Origin: an uncultured Spirochaeta sp.
Lineage (GTDB): Bacteria > Spirochaetota > Spirochaetia > DSM-27196 > Alkalispirochaetaceae
NCBI GenBank assembly: GCA_964419735.1
Contig: CAYQRW010000001.1
Span: 1-43,148, forward strand
Direction: 5' to 3'
DNA length: 43,148 bases
Made by a program: the position numbers and the translations under genes. The notes below the pieces were generated by a model, which was given only the letters and a program-made list of their open reading frames with translations, made no database searches and had not been told where the DNA came from. Numbering within the stretch: the first letter of the stretch is position 1; every line of letters starts with the position of its first letter. This document shows, in pieces, positions 35,750 to 43,148 of this stretch.

Positions 35750-37006
35750 ATGGAAACGACGGAGGTAATCGCTACCAAAAATCCGATCATTCCGCGGAGC
35801 GGCCTGTGCGACCCGCACATTCATGTCTGGGGCGATCGGGCGTATCTGTTTGCAAGCCACGATGTCCGCCGAGATGCCACCGATTACGTTATGCGCGACT
35901 GGCAGGTGTGGTCGTCGGCGGATTTGGTGTCGTGGCGCTTCGAGTCCAGCCTGCGGCCGGAGGATACCTACATTGGTCCCACGGACGCAGCGTGGGCAGT
36001 GGATGCGGCCGAGCGCAACGGTCGCTACTACCTGTACTTCTCTAACGGCACCACGGACACGGGGGTTGCCGTGGCGGAGCAGCCCGGCGGACCCTACCAC
36101 GATGCCCTGGGAGGACCGCTCCTGCCGGAACACCTGACCCCCACCAAACAGTACGACCCGTCGATCTTCATCGATGAAGATCCTGATCAGACGCCCTATA
36201 TCGTATTCGGTACCCCGGTGTGGGCCGGTGGTGACAGCTACTACATTGCGCGACTCAATGAAGACATGGTTTCCCTGGCGGAAAAGCCGCGGAAAGTTGA
36301 GCTCGACGATGACGCCGACGATAAGCCGTTCCTCCATCGCCACGGTGACCGGTACTATTTGAGCTGGGCATCGTTCTACGCAGAATCAGATTCGGTCTAT
36401 GGGCCGTATCGGTATCGAGGCAATATCGGGGCCTCTCCCGATCACGGAAGTTTCTTCCAGTGGCGGGGCCAATGGTTCCACGCGTTCACCGTAATGGACC
36501 CCACGTTATATCACCGCGGCACCGGGCTATGCTACGTGCATTACCGCTCAGACGGATCGATGGTTACCGATCAGCTCATCGTGGAACATGGCGTAGGCCG
36601 CTATGACGCGCAGTGGAACCGAATTGAAGCAGAATGGTTTATGAGTGGGTCGGGAATCGAGAAGCGCGAGAACCCTCGCTTTGGGTTTGATGTGGTTCCC
36701 CTAGCGGAAAAGTCGCAGGTGCTGTATCCCAATATACGCAACGTGCCACAGCAGCCTCAGTTGACGCTGTTCGCGGCTAACGCCGGCTCCCAGGCGGTGA
36801 CGGTAGAGGTTCGATTGGGCTCATCTCAGGGAGAGCTCCTAGGTACCTGCACCGTTCATCCCACCGGTACTTCTCATTGGCGGGGATACCGAAACCACTG
36901 GTGCCGGCTCGATACAAAGAGCGCCGCCTTGGATCTGTGCCTCGTAGTCCAATCTACCGCCAATTCGGAATTTCGGTTCGATCATTTCTCACTGACAGCG
37001 CTCTAG
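35750..37006 (+). CDS. GH43 glycosidase with C-terminal CBM6-like module
   Basis: 'NPII...DPH', 'WAVD', 'YDPSIF', then 'RIEAEWF...VEVRLGS...LLGTC'. Confidence 0.82.
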   Translation: METTEVIATKNPIIPRSGLCDPHIHVWGDRAYLFASHDVRRDATDYVMRDWQVWSSADLVSWRFESSLRPEDTYIGPTDAAWAVDAAERNGRYYLYFSNGTTDTGVAVAEQPGGPYHDALGGPLLPEHLTPTKQYDPSIFIDEDPDQTPYIVFGTPVWAGGDSYYIARLNEDMVSLAEKPRKVELDDDADDKPFLHRHGDRYYLSWASFYAESDSVYGPYRYRGNIGASPDHGSFFQWRGQWFHAFTVMDPTLYHRGTGLCYVHYRSDGSMVTDQLIVEHGVGRYDAQWNRIEAEWFMSGSGIEKRENPRFGFDVVPLAEKSQVLYPNIRNVPQQPQLTLFAANAGSQAVTVEVRLGSSQGELLGTCTVHPTGTSHWRGYRNHWCRLDTKSAALDLCLVVQSTANSEFRFDHFSLTAL

Positions 37007-38892
37007 TTTCCGCTTTCGATGATAGAGAAATCGGGAGTGATTTCGTGCACCTCCTCGCCGGATATCTTTAGTATGATCGAACAGCCGTGGTGGAATCGCA
37101 GGGTCACCGCGTGCTGTCCCGCGTCAGTGTTCACAACCACCGGCAGCTCCTGTCGGGCGTAGGCCTCGGCGCTCTGGCCGTAGGCCATCGGGTAGGTGAG
37201 TTCCGTGGTTGTCGGATTAGCAAAGAAGATGTACAACGTCGCGCCGTCCTGGCGCGCCCAAAACGGCGGAACCTTCTCTCCCGTTACCAGAGGACTTACC
37301 TTCGTGAGTTTGCTGAGGGAGCGGACCACGGCAGGCTGGTTCAAAAGGTTTGCGAGGAGGGTGTCAAACTCCGGATCGCGACGAGTGCCTGGTTGATCAG
37401 GAAATTTTGCGAGAACCACCGGAGCCCCAGCTTCCGCGAGTTGTACGATGTGGCGCAGGGCATTGGGCTCAATCCAGCTGGTATCCACGTGTAGCGCTTC
37501 CGTGGTGAGTGCTCCCCACCGGATTACTCCGTTTTCGTACCGCGCATCATGTAGGGAGTATTCACTTACCCACACGGGACGGTAGCCGATCAGTTCGTCC
37601 GAGGGCCGGACATAATGCATCTCCCAATGATACTTAGCGCTGGGACGCTGCAGCTCTTCCGGAAGCTCCCCGCGCATGAGCATCTCTTCCCAGGGAACGT
37701 ATGAGGCAATCTTAGAAACCGGTGTGCCCCGCCGCATAATTTCCGAGACCTGACGCATATACTCGTTGAGTGCTGGAAGAGTATCGGCAAACTGCGAGTC
37801 AGGTCCCACGTGGACAGTGGCGTAGAAGTCGTTCTGGTGATCCGCCCCGAAGAACGGCATCCCGTGCCAGAAGATTTGGTTTACCCCGTGGGCGAAGAGC
37901 GCATCCGCAAGGAGTTTAATGTCGCCGATTTGCTCGTGCTTGTGGTGTGGTCCCAACGTTGGGTAGGGAACCCACCCGTACAAACAGGTGAACGCCTCAG
38001 CCGAGACGATCGGCGCTCCCCGTTGGGCTGCGGCGGAGGAGGCAAACAGCGAGAAAGGCGGATCAAACAGCAGCGCCTCGCTCTCCGGCACGTCGCAGCT
38101 GCCATAGGCGGCGATGAGGTCCGTAGGTGCGCCGTGGGCCTGGACGCGGGACGCACTTCCCAGCTCGTGACATATCCGAGTATACGGCAGGTAGAATTCC
38201 TTCAGCGCGTATTCCGCGATCAACGTCCGGTAGTCGTATCGCTCTCGGGGATGCTGGTCGAGGTCGGCCATGAAGCGCGTGATATCGTATCCGAAGCGCG
38301 CATGAAACGCGTCCCCGAATCCGGCTGTCCACAGACCATCGGGGTCAACTTCCCAGGAGTCGGCGAACAGAGCGGATGAGCCGGCCGCTGAGATTGCGGG
38401 GGCGAGAGCATCCCCCATAACCGCGGCGTAGTGCTCCAGGGCGTGGTGATCCAGATGGTTCACGAGTCGCCCCGGTGGTTTGCCGTGAGCCGTCTCCCAG
38501 CTTCGGTCCAGGCGTTGGTGGGAGGGGCCGGTATAGGTCTGCGAGGCGGTGTCCTCATCAACCATGCTGCCGCCAAACGGCCACAAGGTACCAAAGGTGA
38601 AGTCGCATGCCAGACCTCGGCGGCGAGCGGCGTCAGCCGCATACTCCACAAGTGCGCGCCACCGTTCACCCAGGAACACTGGTATGGGATTGCCGGTGGT
38701 AGGGCTCTTTTTACCCGCGTAAACCCACGCGATTTCTACGCCACCGAACCCGTTTGCTTCCACCCAGTCCAATTGCATGTCGATATCGTCTTTCGAAATC
38801 GGCTCTGCAAACCACCACCACCGTGTGAGAGGCCGCGTGTCTTGATAGTAACGAAGGGTCTCGGACCACCCGATGTCGGTTGTATTCTCCAT
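37003..38892 (-). CDS. GH106-like alpha-L-rhamnosidase family protein
   Basis: 'RPLTRWWW', 'GFGGVEI', 'WPFGG', 'ADSWE', 'VPESE', 'SAEAFT', 'GVNQIFWHG'. Convergent 4-bp (CTAG) overlap with the GH43 gene. Confidence 0.8.
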   Translation of the reverse strand: MENTTDIGWSETLRYYQDTRPLTRWWWFAEPISKDDIDMQLDWVEANGFGGVEIAWVYAGKKSPTTGNPIPVFLGERWRALVEYAADAARRRGLACDFTFGTLWPFGGSMVDEDTASQTYTGPSHQRLDRSWETAHGKPPGRLVNHLDHHALEHYAAVMGDALAPAISAAGSSALFADSWEVDPDGLWTAGFGDAFHARFGYDITRFMADLDQHPRERYDYRTLIAEYALKEFYLPYTRICHELGSASRVQAHGAPTDLIAAYGSCDVPESEALLFDPPFSLFASSAAAQRGAPIVSAEAFTCLYGWVPYPTLGPHHKHEQIGDIKLLADALFAHGVNQIFWHGMPFFGADHQNDFYATVHVGPDSQFADTLPALNEYMRQVSEIMRRGTPVSKIASYVPWEEMLMRGELPEELQRPSAKYHWEMHYVRPSDELIGYRPVWVSEYSLHDARYENGVIRWGALTTEALHVDTSWIEPNALRHIVQLAEAGAPVVLAKFPDQPGTRRDPEFDTLLANLLNQPAVVRSLSKLTKVSPLVTGEKVPPFWARQDGATLYIFFANPTTTELTYPMAYGQSAEAYARQELPVVVNTDAGQHAVTLRFHHGCSIILKISGEEVHEITPDFSIIESGN

Positions 38893-38956
38893 GTGTTGAC
38901 TCCGTCATTTCATTCAATCATTCATTGACTGCGTTACCGGTACGTCCTATGCTTGG

Positions 38957-38970
38957 TTTACTCGGGTAAA
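38957..38970. promoter_or_regulatory. LacI-type operator between the GH106-like and PLP-lyase genes
   Basis: TTTACTCGGGTAAA, the exact reverse complement of the site at 28466-28479. Confidence 0.75.
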
Positions 38971-39032
38971 TCAGTCTTTCATATCGTAGCACGAAAACGG
39001 CGAGCTGTGGCAAATCGAAAGAGGAGTGGACA

Positions 39033-40151
39033 ATGCAAGATAACCTACCCCCTGGAGTGGTGTGTGGCCACTTGGGGGAAGAAGAGTTCCAGTATCACGG
39101 TGCCGCGGTGCCACCGCTTTTTCAGACGTCGCTCTTCACCGGGGAGTACTGGGGCTACAGCAGGTTCGCCAATCCCACCGTAACTGTGGTGGAACGCAAG
39201 ATGGCCGCTTTAGAGCACACAGAGGCGGCGTTGTGTTTCGCCTCCGGCATGGCCGCGATTTCGGCGGCGGTTTTGTCTTGCGTGGCCGCCGGAGATCACG
39301 TGGTGGCACTTCGCTCGTTGTACGGGGGCACGCGGCAACTTCTGGAAACGTTTCTACCACGATTCGGAGTCACCACGACATTTGTCCGTGGTGAGACACT
39401 CTCAGAGTTTCAGCAGGCGCTCCGCCCGGAAACGCGTCTAATCATATTGGAGAGTCCCACAACGTTCACCTTTCGCACTCCGGACGTCGCCGCTATTGCG
39501 CAGCTCGCTCGGCAAGAGGGTATTGCTACTTTGCTGGATAATTCCTGGGCTACACCGATCTTCCAGCGTCCCGCTGACCACGGCATCGATATTGTGTGCC
39601 ATTCTGCAAGCAAATACCTCTCAGGCCACAGTGATGTGGTGGCGGGAGTCATTGCTACCTCCGCCAGTCGGGTCGCGTCGATTCAGAGCACAGAACGTGG
39701 CCTGATAGGCGGTAGTCTCGATCCGTTTGCCGCGTGGCTTCTGACTCGGGGCTTGCGGACGCTCCCAATTCGAATGCGTGCCCATGAAGCTTCGGCATTT
39801 CGCATCGCCCAAGAACTCGCAGATGATCCGCGGGTAGTAGAGGTGCTTCATCCGGCATTGGCGGAAGACAGATCGACTACCTTGAGCGGAAGCTCGGGGC
39901 TATTTGCCGTACGCCTGGACCTCAACCGCGTCGATATCCCGGCCTTCCTGAAGCGTCTCACAGTGTTCCAGCCGGGACCCAGTTGGGGTGGATTTGAGAG
40001 TCTCGTGGTCCACCCTGCATCGATCCACGACGCGGAATGGTTAGCGCGTTCGGACATTCCCCCGGATCTCGTGCGTTTCTCCGTGGGGCTGGAGGAGGCG
40101 GAGTTTTTGTTAGATGATATCCAGACGGCACTTGAGGCCGGAAAGGAATAG
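39033..40151 (+). CDS. PLP-dependent trans-sulfuration family enzyme (cystathionine gamma-synthase/beta-lyase/methionine gamma-lyase-like)
   Basis: 'YSRFANPT', 'FASGMAAI', 'YGGT', 'DNSWATP', PLP-lysine motif 'HSASKYLSGHSD', 'SWGGFESL', 'RFSVGLE'. Confidence 0.92.
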   Translation: MQDNLPPGVVCGHLGEEEFQYHGAAVPPLFQTSLFTGEYWGYSRFANPTVTVVERKMAALEHTEAALCFASGMAAISAAVLSCVAAGDHVVALRSLYGGTRQLLETFLPRFGVTTTFVRGETLSEFQQALRPETRLIILESPTTFTFRTPDVAAIAQLARQEGIATLLDNSWATPIFQRPADHGIDIVCHSASKYLSGHSDVVAGVIATSASRVASIQSTERGLIGGSLDPFAAWLLTRGLRTLPIRMRAHEASAFRIAQELADDPRVVEVLHPALAEDRSTTLSGSSGLFAVRLDLNRVDIPAFLKRLTVFQPGPSWGGFESLVVHPASIHDAEWLARSDIPPDLVRFSVGLEEAEFLLDDIQTALEAGKE

Positions 40152-40155
40152 CGGA

Positions 40156-41199
40156 GTGTCAGAGATACATGAAACGGTGGGGCGCGGTGGTCGCCGGGCA
40201 ACTCGAAAAGACGTGGCGGAACTGGCAGGGGTTTCCGTGGCCACCGTCTCGTATGTCATGAACGACCAGCATAAGGTTCCGGAGAAGACGGCGGAACGGG
40301 TCCGAGAGGCGGTTGAGAAGCTCAACTATCGTCCGGACTTGGTGGCGCGCAGCCTGGCAACGAAGCGAACCAGCCAGTTGGCGATCGTAATTAACAACAT
40401 CTCCAACCCGATTTACAGCGACCTCATTTTGGGGTTCGAGAACAACGCAATCGAGGCGGGGTACTTCGTAAATATCTGCACGGGAAATACGCGAGTCGAT
40501 GACTACATCGAGAATTTCATCTCCCGAAGTATCGACGGCATTTTCATTGAGGCCTTGCCCCACAAATATGACCCGAAAGAGTTGGAGCGGCTTCTGGAAT
40601 CCGATATCAAGATCGTAATTTTCGGGCGGACAAATCTGGGAACTCAGACAGTTTCTTCTGTGGAGACCGATTATAATCGAGCCATGGAGTTGGCGATACA
40701 GCATCTCCTCGACTTAGGGCATCGAAATGTCGCTTACCTCAGCGGTCTGACGGAGGCCGAGCGGTACGATGCGCGGATTGACGCGTTTCGTGCGGTCTGT
40801 GCCTCCAGGGGCCTCCCTTCGGCTCCGGTTCTCTCTCCCTCCGAAGTTTCAAACACCGACATCACCGACGGTGAGCGCCTGGCGGCGGAGTTTCTTGCCG
40901 GGGATCACGGCGCCACCGCAGTGGTTTGCACCAATGATCTCATGGCAATCGGTGCCATGAACCATTTCCGGAACGCTGGGTTGAGGGTTCCGGTAGATGT
41001 CTCGGTGGTGGGCATAGACGATTCATATGTCACGTCGCTCACACACCCGCGGCTCACTTCAGTCCATGTTCCGTATCACGATGTAGGACGTCGAGCCTTC
41101 GAGCTGCTTCATGCCGACGTTACCCGCAATCGCAAAGATTCCTACCAGATCACTCCTGAGCTTGTCGTGCGAGAGTCTACGGCGCCACCGGCTGGGTAG
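40156..41199 (+). CDS. LacI-family transcriptional regulator
   Basis: 'ATRKDVAELAGVSVATVSYVMN', 'YRPDLVARSL', 'VPVDVSVVGIDD'. GTG 40156 is the likely start. Confidence 0.93.
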   Translation: MSEIHETVGRGGRRATRKDVAELAGVSVATVSYVMNDQHKVPEKTAERVREAVEKLNYRPDLVARSLATKRTSQLAIVINNISNPIYSDLILGFENNAIEAGYFVNICTGNTRVDDYIENFISRSIDGIFIEALPHKYDPKELERLLESDIKIVIFGRTNLGTQTVSSVETDYNRAMELAIQHLLDLGHRNVAYLSGLTEAERYDARIDAFRAVCASRGLPSAPVLSPSEVSNTDITDGERLAAEFLAGDHGATAVVCTNDLMAIGAMNHFRNAGLRVPVDVSVVGIDDSYVTSLTHPRLTSVHVPYHDVGRRAFELLHADVTRNRKDSYQITPELVVRESTAPPAG

Positions 41200-41636
41200 G
41201 GCCGCGAGATCGGTCATGACCTCCCAACCTATAGCCAAGTCCCTTGGCAGAGGCAGTGAAGGGATCGGGTTCAGTATTCAGTGCTATTGCCACGAACCAT
41301 GAAGGAGAAAACGAAATATGGCTCAACCTGCGGCAGTTACAAGGTGGTGTGTACAGTGGAATAGACATGGCGGGTAACCGACGATTGGTTAGCCGCGTTT
41401 ATCGCCAGCCATGGGTTTTCCATACCAAGTTCTATCTCGTTGAATCTGAAAATTCGCAGAGATCTGTGGAGCGTATCTGTGTAGGGTAGGGGTCCGGCGC
41501 TATCTGCCAACCGGGGGACTATGCCCTCCAATCGGTACACAGAACGCAATCTGGTGAGAATATCAGTTACCGAGCTTCGGCACAAAAACTCCACAGCCGC
41601 CTGAGCTGGACCCGTTCACAAAAACCCATCTCACAC

Positions 41637-41710
41637 TTCATCTGACAGTACACTTAGTCCGCCCCGCTTACGCGCGCTATCGGACAGTTTTGTCTGACAG
41701 TGGGTGTGGG
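41637..41710. mobile_element. Collapsed att-like junction 3 (both arms, core deleted)
   Basis: TTCATCTGACAGTACACTTAGTCCGCCCCGC matches 4064-4094, and GCTATCGGACAGTTTTGTCTGACAGTGGGTGTGGG matches 4342-4376. Only about 8 nt separate the two blocks. Confidence 0.72.
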
Positions 41711-41816
41711 AGGGTCGTCTACGAGAGTAAGACTTTCCGTGACTTTAACAACGGACCGGTTCCATATTTTTCGGGAGGGCCGTCCTTCCGAACCTTGGAG
41801 GTGATGGATCGATGAA

Positions 41817-42452
41817 TCAGAATGGGAAATCCTCATCGGCAGTACCTGCATCCGCGTCGTGCCCGTCTTCTTCGTGCTGCTGGTAACTCTCCGGAAATCC
41901 CAGTCGAAGCAGGTCCGTAAAATCGACATCCGGGTTCTCCCACCAGTATCCGTGCCACGCGTGGGCGTATATCATCCGCTGTAGCAGCGACGACGAGTCT
42001 GAATCGATGGAGAAACCGTTGCTGTATACGGTTTGGCCGTCCCGATAGACGTCAAGACCTTCGAGGCCGTAGTCGTTTCCAAAGTGGAGTGCAAACACCA
42101 AACCGGGATACAGCGCCGAGATGTTCTGGATGCCTTCAAAGGGGAATCCGTTGTGGGTTCTGAATTGAAAAAGCACTCCATATTCTTGGTCGCTACCCCC
42201 CGCGGTTTCCGATGCATCTCCGAGAGTGAATAGCTCTACTTCGTTCCGATATCCGAACTCGTCGTCAGGGTCGGCATCATTGTAAATAACCGCGCCCCAG
42301 CGCTCACTCACGGAATCGGTGTCCGACAGCGGAAGGATCTCTTTCAGTGAAAACGCGTAGTCGCCGCCCGATAAGGCGTCCATAAACGCCTGCCGCGTTT
42401 CCGGATCTGGAAAACCGGTGATCCGTAATGTGTTATAGCCCGCAAAACTCAC
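41817..42452 (-). CDS. Hypothetical protein, YubB/DUF1281 ferredoxin-like fold suspected
   Basis: 'NTLRITG...FSLKEILP...ERWG...FQFRTHNGFP...ISALYPGLVFALHF'. GAGG SD and GTGA overlap with the upstream stop. Confidence 0.55.
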   Translation of the reverse strand: MSFAGYNTLRITGFPDPETRQAFMDALSGGDYAFSLKEILPLSDTDSVSERWGAVIYNDADPDDEFGYRNEVELFTLGDASETAGGSDQEYGVLFQFRTHNGFPFEGIQNISALYPGLVFALHFGNDYGLEGLDVYRDGQTVYSNGFSIDSDSSSLLQRMIYAHAWHGYWWENPDVDFTDLLRLGFPESYQQHEEDGHDADAGTADEDFPF

Positions 42453-43006
42453 TGGATCGCCTCTCGCTGGTTTGAAATGGCTGAATGGACATCGTGCCGT
42501 TTCCACCACGGCTGATCTGCAGAGAAATACGCCATCATCGTAAACGGATCGTCCGTTTCATCGTACTGCAGCGATTCCTCATGCAGGATCTCTCCGCCGC
42601 GCAGGGCGATCAACCGATATTCTGTGAGCTTTCCTGGCACGGTGTAGAGAATGAACACAAGCGCCGGATGGGTACTGGAAAGTGCGCGTACTTCGTCGAT
42701 CGCCGGCCGTTCAAGCGAGAAAAAGCGGTAGCCCAGGCTCAACGTACCCGCGTTGGGTGCGTCACCGATATCCGTGCTTGCTTGAAACCGGAATCGTTTT
42801 GGTTCCGGCTGGAACTGTTCTTCCACCGAGACGATCCTGGACGGTTTGTGAGGGCGCCCCTTCAAAAGCTCGTCAAAACTGAAATGAACGACATCGTCAC
42901 CGTATCCTCCGGTGCGAAACCGCGCGGCTTCCAGAACAAACTGTTCCCGCTCTTTTGGCGTCCGGAACCCGATCACACTTAATTCGTTCTCGATTTTGCA
43001 GCTCAT
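42449..43006 (-). CDS. Hypothetical protein, probable distant paralog of the downstream gene
   Basis: 'NELSVIGF...FSFDELL...YRFFSLERP...LSSTHPALVFILY...WW'. Start ATG 43006 is inferred. Confidence 0.55.
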   Translation of the reverse strand: MSCKIENELSVIGFRTPKEREQFVLEAARFRTGGYGDDVVHFSFDELLKGRPHKPSRIVSVEEQFQPEPKRFRFQASTDIGDAPNAGTLSLGYRFFSLERPAIDEVRALSSTHPALVFILYTVPGKLTEYRLIALRGGEILHEESLQYDETDDPFTMMAYFSADQPWWKRHDVHSAISNQREAIQ

Positions 43007-43148
43007 ATCGGGAGCCATCGTACAGCAGAAACCATTTATCCCTCCAGTGGTGTCGGTTCTCTCCACGTGGGGTTCAAAGTTCCATATGTGATTTCACGGC
43101 TGTCCGGTTATAACTCTATGAGCAGCAACTGTTTATCAGAACCAGGGT

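Noticed and set aside
41244..41594. Short ORFs 41244-41489 (+) and 41337-41594 (-)
   Set aside because: No recognisable motifs or SD, and they overlap each other. Probably decayed sequence next to junction 3.
1..43148. Integrase, transposase or prophage genes, and the many overlapping antisense ORFs
   Set aside because: No R-H-R-Y or DDE motifs and no phage structural proteins in any ORF. The shadow ORFs are expected in GC-rich coding DNA.

Overview
Bacterial window, probably from a free-living Spirochaetia-like genome (inference: both solute-binding proteins have a Cys-less 'FAxGQxE' signal-peptide end and are very acidic). It reads as a tandem array of genomic islands that built up at a tRNA-Asp integration hotspot. 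The left 5 kb holds three higBA modules, an MNT-HEPN pair and its deleted twin, arranged around two diverged attP-like junctions. Each junction is a TCTGACAGT repeat, a terminator, the 3' half of tRNA-Asp, then two more TCTGACAGT repeats. A third junction lacking the core sits at about 41.64-41.71 kb. Between junctions 2 and 3 is a cargo of about 36 kb with two regulatory modules. Module A: PocR-AraC, Gfo/Idh/MocA, an ANKH-like MOP transporter, a sugar ABC system, an AraR-like GntR regulator, an MggS-like GT4, an ureidoglycolate-lyase-like cupin, three PF12831-type flavoproteins, a sulfatase and a GH94. Module B is a LacI regulon with operator TTACnCGnGTAA: GH78-like, MFS, Opp-type ABC, two GH43, GH106-like, a PLP trans-sulfuration-family lyase and two LacI genes. 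Two YubB/DUF1281-like hypothetical genes lie right of junction 3. No integrase and no intact tRNA are in the window. All family calls come from motif recognition by eye, not database searches.
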